NCBI GenBank assembly: GCA_035389185.1
Contig: DAOORK010000001.1
Location: 193,006 to 257,005 of the forward strand
Length of the DNA stretch: 64,000 bases
Reading direction: 5' to 3'
Source of the DNA: Candidatus Woesebacteria bacterium
GTDB taxonomy: Bacteria; Patescibacteriota; Microgenomatia; UBA1400; MFAQ01
Of this stretch, positions 56,242 to 64,000 are shown in pieces (the stretch's first letter is position 1; every line of letters starts with the position of its first letter). Under the pieces are notes generated by a model. It searched no databases, was not told the DNA's origin, and was given only the letters and a program-made list of their open reading frames with translations. Made by a program: the position numbers and the translations under genes.

Positions 56242-59061
56242 TTATCCCAATCTTACAACTTTAAGTTCGTCACCTTTGACTAAATTGGAAACAAGAGCTT
56301 TTCTTTTGATATCTTCTTCGTACTGTGCTGGCCAATCGGACAAAACCAACTCTATTTTTTCGTCGAGACGACACCCCGCCTGTTTTCTTGCTTCTTGAAT
56401 AGAGCGAATAATTTCGCGGGCCAAACCCTTTTCCTTAAGATCGGTTGTGATAACAATATCGTAAACGACAGATTCATTTCCCTTGGCAAGAATAACTTCT
56501 TCAACATTTAATTCATCCTTAATCAATTGAAGTAATTCAGATTCACCAATTAACTCATCAAAGTCACCAGTAACAGTAATTGAAGCTAGAGCTTGTTTGA
56601 TGGGAATGGCCAGATTTTTTCTCTCAGCATTACCCATTTCACTAATTTTACGAATGAGGGTCATCTTATGAAGTAGGTTGGCATCAGTTACATTGATATT
56701 ATTTACTTCTGGCCAGTCAGAGAGGTGAACAGATTCATTGCCAGTTAGGTGTCGATAAAGATATTCGGAAATAAAGGGAATGATAGGAGCAGCTATCTTG
56801 AAAAGAACATTAAAAACAATGTACATAGTGGTGTATGCCGCCTCTTTGTCTGCCTGGTCTGAAGCACTGGGGCCAACTCTGTCTCTTGAACGACGAATAT
56901 ACCAAGTAGAAAGATCTGAAACGAATTTCTTCAAAGCATCAACTGCTTTAGGAATCTGATACTTGGAAAGATTTCTATCCATTTCAATTGCAGTTTCATC
57001 AAGTCTGGTAAGAATCCAACGGTCTAAACTTCCTGGTTTACCGACAAACTCAGCCTTTGGTTCCCAGTTTTCAAGAGAGGCATAAGAAACAAAATATTTA
57101 TAGGAGTTCCAAAGAAGCATGAGCGTAGTTTTGAGCTCATTTGCCCAGTCTTCTTCAGAAACAATGATGTCTTGACCCAGAACAATTGAGCTTCCCATCA
57201 AATAGAGTCTGAGAGCGTCGCCTCCAAGTTTCTGTAAAGAATCTTTGGGGTCAGGGAAATTACCCAAGCTCTTACTCATTTTGTGACCATCAGATCCCAT
57301 GATCACTCCACTGACAACGACATTTTTAAATGCCTCAGAATCTATTAAAAGATTTGAGATTACGTGGGTTACATAGAACCAAGCACGAAGTTGTCCGGTG
57401 TATTCCGTAATAAAGTCTGCTGGAAAACTGTTTTTGAATTTTTGAACATTTTCAAAAGGATAGTGTACTTGAGCATAAGGCATAGAAGCTGATTCAATCC
57501 AGCCATCTAAAATTTCGGGGATTCTTTTTGCTTTCTTGCCACATTTGGGACAGTTAAACACTATTTCGTCAATCGCTGGACGATGTAAATCAGTCACTTT
57601 TTGACCGGATAACTTTTCAATTTCTTCAATTGATCCGGGAACAATTTGTTCTCCACATTCACATTTCCAAACAGGAATAGGTGTACCAAAATAACGAGAT
57701 CTACTAATACACCAGTCTGGAGCAGCCTCAATACTTAACTTGAATCGACCGTTTTTAAAATGACTAGGAACCCAATTTATTTCCTGATTGGTTTCCAATA
57801 GTCTATTTTTAATATCTTGAATATTGATATACCAAGCAATTTGAGATTTATAGAGTAAAGCTGTTCCGCATCTGTGACAGTGCGGATAACTATGAGTAAT
57901 CTTTGTACTCTTCAATAGTAGTTCTCTATTCACAAGATCTTCGATTACATATTTATCGGCGGCTTTAAAATATTTTCCTTGAGCAACTTTAATTTTAGGG
58001 TCCATCGTGCCGGTGTCATCAACCGATTCACCCATTGATAACCCATGTTTTTTTCCAAGAGTTGTGTCATCTTCACCGTATCCAGGTGCAATATGAACAA
58101 TACCTGTACCATCTTCCATGGAAACAAAATCTGCGGCATAAACATGATGATCAGCATTGTTTGGAGTGAAGTAGTCATAAAGAGGCTGATATGCCTTACC
58201 AACTAACTCAGAGCCTTTAAATTCTTTAAGAATCGTCACTCTTTCATGACCTAGGGCGCCATCTAAACGTGGTTTGGCAAGAATGTAACGAGTACCGTCA
58301 AGTTCTGCCAAAACATAGTTATCTTTTTCGGAGACAGCCAAAGCAAAATTACTTGGGAGAGTCCAGGGCGTGGTAGTCCAGGCCAAAAAGAAAGTATTAC
58401 TCTCCCCTATTACCGGAAATTTAATGAATACAGATGGATCGGTGACATCTTTGTAAGAGTTATCCATGGCCACTTCAAAATTGCTGATTGGAGTGGAACA
58501 GCGAGGGCAAAACAAAGAAACTCGCTTGCCTTCGTAAATATGGCCTTTATCATAAAGCTGTTTAAAAACCCAGATGACAGACTCCATAAAATTAATGTCC
58601 ATCGTACTGTAAGGGTGATCCATATCAACCCAGCGTCCAATTCGGTCGATGTACCACTGCCAGTCAGCTGAGACATCATTCACATATGTCTTGCATGTTG
58701 AGACAAATTTATCAATTCCTAATGTCTCAATTTCTTTTTTGGAGTTGATACCGAGTTGCTGTTCAACTTTATTCTCTGTTGGTAGTCCGTGACAATCCCA
58801 TCCCCAAACACGATCTACGTGTTTTCCTTTCATGGTTTGATAACGCGGGATAACATCTTTAATAATCGATCCTAGGAGATGTCCGTAGTGGGGTTTACCT
58901 GTAACGAATGGTGGACCATCGTAAAAACGATAGGTATTTTGAGGATCACGACTGGATACCGATTTTTCAAAAGTTTGATTTTTTTTCCAGTATTCAATTA
59001 CTTCCTCTTCGATTTGGGAAGGGACATACTGACTTTCAAGTGGTTTTATGATTTTACTCAT
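56242..59061 (-). CDS. ileS: isoleucyl-tRNA synthetase
   Basis: HIGH (PHYGHLL) and KMSKS motifs; DWCISRSRYFGTPIPVW, characteristic of IleRS; 939 aa. Confidence 0.95.
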   Translation of the reverse strand: MSKIIKPLESQYVPSQIEEEVIEYWKKNQTFEKSVSSRDPQNTYRFYDGPPFVTGKPHYGHLLGSIIKDVIPRYQTMKGKHVDRVWGWDCHGLPTENKVEQQLGINSKKEIETLGIDKFVSTCKTYVNDVSADWQWYIDRIGRWVDMDHPYSTMDINFMESVIWVFKQLYDKGHIYEGKRVSLFCPRCSTPISNFEVAMDNSYKDVTDPSVFIKFPVIGESNTFFLAWTTTPWTLPSNFALAVSEKDNYVLAELDGTRYILAKPRLDGALGHERVTILKEFKGSELVGKAYQPLYDYFTPNNADHHVYAADFVSMEDGTGIVHIAPGYGEDDTTLGKKHGLSMGESVDDTGTMDPKIKVAQGKYFKAADKYVIEDLVNRELLLKSTKITHSYPHCHRCGTALLYKSQIAWYINIQDIKNRLLETNQEINWVPSHFKNGRFKLSIEAAPDWCISRSRYFGTPIPVWKCECGEQIVPGSIEEIEKLSGQKVTDLHRPAIDEIVFNCPKCGKKAKRIPEILDGWIESASMPYAQVHYPFENVQKFKNSFPADFITEYTGQLRAWFYVTHVISNLLIDSEAFKNVVVSGVIMGSDGHKMSKSLGNFPDPKDSLQKLGGDALRLYLMGSSIVLGQDIIVSEEDWANELKTTLMLLWNSYKYFVSYASLENWEPKAEFVGKPGSLDRWILTRLDETAIEMDRNLSKYQIPKAVDALKKFVSDLSTWYIRRSRDRVGPSASDQADKEAAYTTMYIVFNVLFKIAAPIIPFISEYLYRHLTGNESVHLSDWPEVNNINVTDANLLHKMTLIRKISEMGNAERKNLAIPIKQALASITVTGDFDELIGESELLQLIKDELNVEEVILAKGNESVVYDIVITTDLKEKGLAREIIRSIQEARKQAGCRLDEKIELVLSDWPAQYEEDIKRKALVSNLVKGDELKVVRLG

Positions 59062-59080
59062 GTTTATATTTAGAATGATA

Positions 59081-59116
59081 TAAAAAAATCCTGCTAAGGT
59101 TGATCTTACAGGATTA
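59081..59116 (-). terminator. T-box terminator hairpin (aatcctg...caggatt plus TTTTTTT), 20 nt upstream of the ileS ATG
   Basis: Stem arms at 59109-59115 and 59088-59094 (plus coordinates); T-run at 59081-59087 on the minus strand. Confidence 0.65.
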
Positions 59117-59290
59117 GAGTCACAAACATAAAGTTTGGGACGGTACCATCTAATTTTTTTCTTGATTGCGGCTATTACGGGCTTTCCCGGGAAGGTCTAC
59201 TTGATTTCTTCTTCCAGCTCACCGAGTGATTACTCAGTTCAAATGCTTTTGACAGTTTATTATAGCAGTTATAGACATCTGCTCTCTTTC
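59081..59290 (-). promoter_or_regulatory. T-box riboswitch leader of ileS
   Basis: Minus strand reads AAUUAGAUGGUACCGUCCC (59155..59137), close to the T-box consensus AAUUAGGGUGGUACCGCG. It is immediately followed by the terminator hairpin. An AGAGAG (GA-motif-like) sequence lies near the predicted 5' end. Confidence 0.7.
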
Positions 59291-59293
59291 AGG

Positions 59294-59322
59294 AATATTT
59301 TGCTTTTGGACGTCTCTTGACA
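59294..59322 (-). promoter_or_regulatory. candidate promoter TTGTCA-17-AAATAT for the T-box-ileS transcript
   Basis: -35 from the reverse complement of 59317-59322; weak -10. Confidence 0.35.
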
Positions 59323-59574
59323 AATGAAAATTACTTATGTAAATTGTAATTAATCCCACAAAAGGCCGTATAGGGATAAGTTAACTGAATTACGAACTCT
59401 CTAACAGCTTTTGGTACACCGCACCTTCAATGTGATGACGCAGCCTAGGGATCTTGTCCCACTCTGGGGTATGTGCGTTATATATCAGTAGAAAACGGAA
59501 AGTAAGTAACCGATTAAATACGAAGCTAAGATATCAGAGTATTTAATTCATGATATCCGGTGTAAATCAGAGAA

Positions 59575-59612
59575 GAAGCCATCTGTCCTTACGAGCAGTT
59601 GGCTTCTTTTTC
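59575..59612 (+). terminator. orphan terminator-like hairpin (gaagccatctg...cagttggcttc plus TTTTT)
   Basis: 11 bp stem with one mismatch plus T-run; no plus-strand ORF upstream. Confidence 0.45.
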
Positions 59613-59707
59613 GGCAAAGTTCGGATGGTGAGCTAATTGATAGTCCAAAAATGGCAATCATTAACTAAATAATGTAAGATGACTTTGTTATTAGTTAAAT
59701 ACAAAAA

Positions 59708-60091
59708 ATGGTAGGATTTCACACAGATATAGAGGCTGAAACACTCAGCAATACAAATTTTCGAAAAGTACTTTTTACTGGAACACATAGTCAATTGGTG
59801 GTGATGAGTTTGTTGCCGAGTGAGGACATTGGCATGGAAGTCCACGCCAATGTCGACCAATTTTTCCGTTTTGAAGCTGGAGAAGGTAAGGCTATTTTGA
59901 ACGGAGAAGAGACTCTCTTTAAAGCTAATGATGTTGTGATTATCCCTGCAGGTACAAATCATAATATTATTAACACCTCTACGACTGAACCGTTAAAGCT
60001 TTACACTATTTATTCGCCCGCCAATCACCCAGATGGTACGATTCATGCAACAAAAGCTGAAGCAATGGCTGACGAACACGATCACGTTTAA
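59708..60091 (+). CDS. cupin-domain protein
   Basis: GMEVHANVDQFFRFEAGEG...VVIIPAGTNHNI matches the two-His/Glu cupin motifs. Confidence 0.7.
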   Translation: MVGFHTDIEAETLSNTNFRKVLFTGTHSQLVVMSLLPSEDIGMEVHANVDQFFRFEAGEGKAILNGEETLFKANDVVIIPAGTNHNIINTSTTEPLKLYTIYSPANHPDGTIHATKAEAMADEHDHV

Positions 60092-60100
60092 GATGTCTCC

Positions 60101-60131
60101 TTGTATTTACAAACCCCGTCAACTTGACGGG
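60101..60131 (+). terminator. rho-independent terminator (ccccgtc-aactt-gacgggg plus TTTTGTTTTT)
   Basis: 7-9 bp GC stem plus T-run after the cupin gene. Confidence 0.75.
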
Positions 60132-60143
60132 GTTTTGTTTTTA
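60114..60143 (+). promoter_or_regulatory. promoter TTGACG-18-TATACT, 6 nt before the ATG at 60150 (leaderless candidate)
   Basis: Hexamers at 60114-60119 and 60138-60143; overlaps the terminator stem. Confidence 0.45.
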
Positions 60144-60149
60144 TAGATA

Positions 60150-60633
60150 TACTGGATATATGAAGAAAATTAACATCGGGAAGCTGGCAATATCGATTTC
60201 TGTTCCTTTATTGGCTGGGGTACTTGGCTCTCTGTTTACCGGTCCTGCGGTTAAGACTTGGTATCTCGTGATTAACAGACCTTCATGGAACCCACCATCT
60301 TGGCTGTTTGGACCTGTTTGGACAACTTTATTTATTCTAATGGGAATCGCTCTATACCTTGTTTGGTCATCAAAAATGAGCAATAAGGTACGCTGGGCTC
60401 TTAAAATGTTTTCCGCTCAGATGGTATTGAACATTTTATGGTCTGTTTTCTTCTTTGGCATGGGTAACTTCTGGTTAGCTTTTGGAGAAATCATAGTTTT
60501 GTGGATGTTTATCCTAGCGACAATAATCTCCTTTGGGAAGATAAGTAAAAAGGCTGCCTGGTTATTGGTGCCATATATTTTGTGGGTATCTTTCGCTTCA
60601 TACTTAAACTTCACCATTGCTAGCTTAAACTAG
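60150..60633 (+). CDS. tspO: TspO/MBR family tryptophan-rich sensory protein (ORF-track start 60124)
   Basis: 5 TM; WNPPSWLFGPVWTTLFILMGIALYLVW. Confidence 0.8.
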
Positions 60634-61866
60634 ACCTCGAATCTGACCAAAACCGATACGATCATGAACAAACTGTTCTGTATTGGCCATAATGGCAGGG
60701 GTAATAACAAAGTTTCCCCAACGATCGTTGATGTCGTCTAGTGCGGTGACCAAATTTTCCCGTCTTTGAGTATCTTGAAAGAGATCTAACTGAAGAGAAG
60801 AACGAGGAGAAAGATTAAAACAAGATATGCTGAGATTTTTTACCGGAAGCTTGTACGAAGAATGACGAAGCAAGCGAAAAGCTATGCGATAAATATCACG
60901 ACTATCAAAAATAGGTTGATCAAGACTCTTCCCCTCGTGAAAATATTGATAGTTATCGTAAAGCAAACTCAAATAAACACCTTTTGCCTGAAAGTTTGAG
61001 TGACGCATGCGAAAACCAACCTTTTCAACTAATTTAGCTAAAATTGGGGCCATCTCCTCTGGTGACGTAAGTTTTTTAGGTAATGAGTAGGAGTGACCAA
61101 AACTTTTAGTATCAAAATCGATGTCGTCTATTTCCCAACCTCTAAGACGCATAAACCAATGGTAAGAAAGTATCGAGTGAAAAGCGGCACGAAGTAGGGT
61201 GACATCGGCGGTAAAAAAATCGAAAACAGTATAAATACCGACGGTGTTAAGACGAATGATGTTTTGACGATTGATGCCACACAAATCCATAAGTTCAAGA
61301 CTGTGATAAACATTCAGATAATTATTTTGATTGATTTCGTCTAAACCATCTGGCTTGTGAAGATTTGAGGCCGTCTTAGCCAGAAAACGGTTTGGACCTA
61401 TCCCAATGGAAACGGTGAGATAGTCTCCAATCTCTTTTTTAATGCGATCTTTTATCTCTTTAGCTACAGTAAAAAGACCCCTCTGAAAAGCTGGTGTGCC
61501 GGCGAAGTCAAGAACAAATTCGTCGATAGACTTGGGAACGATCCTGGGAGTGTACTCAGAAAGAAGCCTCTTGAGGCTGAGATGAACGGCACGGTATTTA
61601 TCTGAGTCCGGAGAACGAACAATAAGGTCTGAACAGAGGAGTCTGCCCTCTTTGACTCGTGTTCCTACTTTTATACCAAGACGTTTGGCTTCGATAGAAG
61701 CGGCCAGGATACAGCCGCTTGGTGTGTCGTAGGCGGCCACAGCTACCGGTTTGTGACGCAGAAAAGGATTGGCTTGTTGTTCTATCGAAGCAAAACAGGA
61801 GTTAAGGTCAATATGCATGACCGTACTTGGGGCACGATTAAAATCTAGTTTAATTAGCGAGGCCAT
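60625..61866 (-). CDS. Y-family DNA polymerase (DinB/UmuC-like)
   Basis: MHIDLNSCFASIEQ (catalytic Asp region) and a little-finger domain; 413 aa. Confidence 0.85.
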   Translation of the reverse strand: MASLIKLDFNRAPSTVMHIDLNSCFASIEQQANPFLRHKPVAVAAYDTPSGCILAASIEAKRLGIKVGTRVKEGRLLCSDLIVRSPDSDKYRAVHLSLKRLLSEYTPRIVPKSIDEFVLDFAGTPAFQRGLFTVAKEIKDRIKKEIGDYLTVSIGIGPNRFLAKTASNLHKPDGLDEINQNNYLNVYHSLELMDLCGINRQNIIRLNTVGIYTVFDFFTADVTLLRAAFHSILSYHWFMRLRGWEIDDIDFDTKSFGHSYSLPKKLTSPEEMAPILAKLVEKVGFRMRHSNFQAKGVYLSLLYDNYQYFHEGKSLDQPIFDSRDIYRIAFRLLRHSSYKLPVKNLSISCFNLSPRSSLQLDLFQDTQRRENLVTALDDINDRWGNFVITPAIMANTEQFVHDRIGFGQIRGLV

Positions 61867-62110
61867 CAGCGATTTCTTCTAGTGTCCAAAATAAAGTATC
61901 TGTGTCGAGTTTGAGACGAAAAAAGAGATTGTTAGAAGCAATGGAAAAAATATGAAAAAGAGTACGACCTTCGCGGATGGTGTGATGCATACCGACTTTG
62001 GAAATACGGATAACCTGACCGTCCCAAAAAATTTGACGGGGACTAACCGTGTGGAGACGGTGATCATAAACTAATTGAACTGAGACTGGTGCTGATATTT
62101 TTTGGATCAT
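61850..62110 (-). CDS. small protein co-transcribed upstream of the Y-family polymerase (possible YolD-like accessory)
   Basis: 86 aa; overlaps the polymerase start by 17 nt. Role inferred only from context. Confidence 0.35.
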   Translation of the reverse strand: MIQKISAPVSVQLVYDHRLHTVSPRQIFWDGQVIRISKVGMHHTIREGRTLFHIFSIASNNLFFRLKLDTDTLFWTLEEIADGLAN

Positions 62111-62138
62111 ATACCCGAAGAATTAACGAACATAATTC

Positions 62139-62167
62139 ATTAAACCAAATAATACCCGAATGGTCAA
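62139..62167 (-). promoter_or_regulatory. promoter TTGACC-17-TTTAAT for the Y-family polymerase operon
   Basis: Minus-strand hexamers (reverse complement of 62162-62167 and 62139-62144), directly after a terminator. Confidence 0.45.
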
Positions 62168-62171
62168 GATA

Positions 62172-62200
62172 TAAAAAAAGCCCCGAGTCTATCGGGGCGA
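62172..62200 (-). terminator. rho-independent terminator (gccccga-tagac-tcggggc plus TTTTTTT on minus)
   Basis: Downstream of gene 62205..62471. Confidence 0.65.
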
Positions 62201-62204
62201 TCTC

Positions 62205-62471
62205 TTATTTGAAAGTAAAGCAGCCGTTTCTTTCGTCAAACTCAACTTTCCAACCTTCCTTGGTATATTGGTCGATGATATCTGACACAACTACGTTGTA
62301 AATGGATAAACTTTGATTAGGAGAAAGCTTAAAATCGGATGCATGAATGAAGACAGGGTCTCCATCAATGGCTTTTTCTAAAATCGTATCGATGTGCTTT
62401 ACAGCCGCCATCAAGCCTTCATCACGAGAGATAATGAAGTTTGTTGTGGCAATTCTCTTATTGACGACCAA
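62205..62471 (-). CDS. hypothetical protein (TTG start with AAGGAGG RBS)
   Basis: 88 aa; SD aaggagg 4 nt upstream. Confidence 0.4.
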   Translation of the reverse strand: MVVNKRIATTNFIISRDEGLMAAVKHIDTILEKAIDGDPVFIHASDFKLSPNQSLSIYNVVVSDIIDQYTKEGWKVEFDERNGCFTFK

Positions 62472-62509
62472 GGGACCTCCTTAAGGTGCAAGATAGGGAT
62501 ATCTTACTA

Positions 62510-62545
62510 CAAAAAGCCCCGGAAACTCCGGGGCGAGAAACTATC
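62510..62545 (-). terminator. rho-independent terminator (gccccgga-gttt-ccggggc plus TTTTTG on minus)
   Basis: Downstream of gene 62561..63004. Confidence 0.6.
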
Positions 62546-62560
62546 AAGCAAGAAATAGCT

Positions 62561-63004
62561 TTAATTTTGTTGTTTTTTGTAACGATGTTGTTGCTTTGAG
62601 TACCACTGGATAGTTGTTGAGGGATCTTGGACAACCTTCTTACACCAATGCTCGTATTCGTCTTCACTTATAATTTGGTCCATTGCCAACTTATACGCTT
62701 CTATCCTAACATCGTCGCTTATATGGATTGGACTGCCGTCATTGTCGTAGGAGAGTAACTCTTCAATGACCGCCAGAATTTTATCTCTATACTTTCTTTG
62801 TTCTTGCTCATTCAAGTGCCACAATCTTGAAAGAGCGCCGATTCGAAGCCTGTCCTCTAAATCTTGTTTCTTGACAATTTCGACAAGTGAATCAACATCA
62901 CTTAAGTGGCGATGAACACAGTAGAAAAGTAAATCCCGTTCATATTTGCTTAAATCTTGATTGCGAATGGAGACGTCATTGCTATGAACAGATAGTTCGG
63001 ACAC
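62561..63004 (-). CDS. hypothetical protein
   Basis: 147 aa acidic protein. Confidence 0.45.
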   Translation of the reverse strand: MSELSVHSNDVSIRNQDLSKYERDLLFYCVHRHLSDVDSLVEIVKKQDLEDRLRIGALSRLWHLNEQEQRKYRDKILAVIEELLSYDNDGSPIHISDDVRIEAYKLAMDQIISEDEYEHWCKKVVQDPSTTIQWYSKQQHRYKKQQN

Positions 63005-63047
63005 TTCTTCCTCCTTAAAGTGCGAGATAGCGTATTCTACAGCAAAA

Positions 63048-64000
63048 TTAGTACTTGTTTCTTAGGAATGCCGGAATGTCCAGGTCATCTTCGATATCAA
63101 CCTCTGTGTGATGAACTTTGTATTTCCCGGCTAGTTTGACCTGAGGAGTTGGTTCCGATTCGGTTTTGGATTCTTCGACGTTTTGGGGCTCTGGAGTTGT
63201 TGATGACTGAGGGTTTGAAAATGGATTGGGGTTGGGAAGAACGCCAAAATGGCGACGGTTTTCATCAAAACCTGCGGCGATAACAGATATTTGAATTTCG
63301 TCACCTAGGTCTTCACGGATAGTAGTCCCAAAGATAATATTGGCATCGGGATCGGCTGATTGGGTAATAATTGAAGAAGCCTCGTTGATCTCTGTGAGGG
63401 TAAGGTTTTTACTGCCGGCAATATTAAATAGAATCCCTCGAGCGCCATCGATACTGACCTCAAGAAGAGGCGAACTCACGGCTGCATTGGCAGCAATAAT
63501 GGCTCGTTTTTCTCCCGAAGATCGACCTACACCCATAAGAGCCGAGCCCGCATTGGTCATGACAGATTTAACATCGGCAAAATCGACATTTACGAGGCCG
63601 GGAATAGTGATTAGGTCGGAAATACTCTGGACACCCTGACCGAGAACAGAGTCAGCCATTTTGAAGGCGTCAAGAAGAGTCTGTTCCTTCTTGGCCACGT
63701 CCATGAGTCGCTGATTAGGAATAACAATTAAGGTATCGACATTGTCTTTTAGCTTTTCAATCCCCTCTTCTGCTTGTACACGACGACGAGCCCCTTCAAA
63801 AAGAAAAGGTTTGGTAACAACAGCAACAGTTAAAGCTCCAACATCGTTTTTAGCAATATCGGCAATGATTGGTGCAGCACCCGTACCTGTACCACCACCT
63901 TCTCCGGCTGTAATAAAGACCATGTCTGCGCCCACAAGAACTTCTTTGATTTTGTCTCTTGATTCTTCGGCCGCTCTTTGACCTACTTCCGGATTTGACC
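63048..64000 (-). CDS. ftsZ: cell division GTPase FtsZ (5' end beyond the window)
   Basis: [21 protein letters not shown] tubulin signature and C-terminal DIPAFLR peptide; the frame stays open to position 64000. Confidence 0.9.
   Translation of the reverse strand, partial: SNPEVGQRAAEESRDKIKEVLVGADMVFITAGEGGGTGTGAAPIIADIAKNDVGALTVAVVTKPFLFEGARRRVQAEEGIEKLKDNVDTLIVIPNQRLMDVAKKEQTLLDAFKMADSVLGQGVQSISDLITIPGLVNVDFADVKSVMTNAGSALMGVGRSSGEKRAIIAANAAVSSPLLEVSIDGARGILFNIAGSKNLTLTEINEASSIITQSADPDANIIFGTTIREDLGDEIQISVIAAGFDENRRHFGVLPNPNPFSNPQSSTTPEPQNVEESKTESEPTPQVKLAGKYKVHHTEVDIEDDLDIPAFLRNKY

Noticed and set aside
59135-59320. 61 aa plus-strand ORF in the ileS upstream region.
   Set aside because: It is antisense to the T-box leader and lacks RBS and promoter, so it is better explained as non-coding.
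1-64000. A search for CRISPR arrays, rRNA genes, transposases or integrases.
   Set aside because: I found no short direct-repeat arrays, no rRNA-like segments, and no DDE-transposase or tyrosine-recombinase motifs by eye. The only repeats are low-complexity Ser/Thr coding tracts and a trivial GGATCTG duplication at 51826-51848 next to tRNA-Val.

Overview
The window is a 64 kb stretch of a low-GC, small-genome bacterium that uses standard stop codons: TGA and TAG both terminate genes here. It is densely packed with about 75 genes, mostly on the minus strand. Many genes overlap by 4 nt, and several features are reminiscent of Candidate Phyla Radiation (Patescibacteria)-type genomes; that lineage call is inference only. 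One caveat on coordinates: my hand translation of gatC from the printed text needs one extra base near 20519 that the ORF track does not need, so hand-derived positions may be off by 1 nt.

Recognisable housekeeping content (hand-indexed positions are +/-2 nt):
- Replication and division: dnaE, a Y-family DNA polymerase operon, ftsW/rodA, a partial ftsZ at the right edge and a parB-like gene.
- Translation: rplS, the rplU-MTase-rpmA-parB block, gatCAB, ileS preceded by a T-box leader, queA, lepB, an HPF-like gene, and tRNA-Asp(GTC), tRNA-Thr(CGT), tRNA-Gly(CCC) and tRNA-Val(CAC).
- Envelope and stress: an htpX-lemA pair, a two-component system next to a MacA/MacB/FtsX-type ABC efflux module, an ABC-F plus pentapeptide-repeat pair, and an approximately 10.5 kb polysaccharide/glycosylation cluster (GT2/GT4 transferases, Wzx-like flippase, O-antigen-ligase-like protein, acyltransferase, methyltransferase).
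- A secreted lipase-like alpha/beta hydrolase, a cupin and a TspO.

The most interesting observations:
- A phosphoribosyltransferase-family gene (16625..17719) is split by a single in-frame TAG, with no alternative start codon downstream of it.
- A T-box leader sits upstream of ileS, with an orphan structured element next to it.
- A TATAAT-N6-ATG geometry recurs, suggesting leaderless transcripts.
- An AT-rich accessory segment (1..5080) carries an uncharacterised two-gene cassette, a C39-like peptidase and a secreted thermonuclease followed by a small acidic protein.
- A tightly overlapping operon (33039..36861) encodes a Cas4-like Fe-S nuclease, a PAP2 phosphatase, DUF192, a Pif1/RecD-like helicase and a DUF45 Zn-hydrolase.
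- A second Cas4-like nuclease is paired with a DUF2130-like coiled-coil protein.
- A 470 aa protein with no recognisable motifs (25915..27327) stands alone.

I found no CRISPR array, rRNA or transposase.
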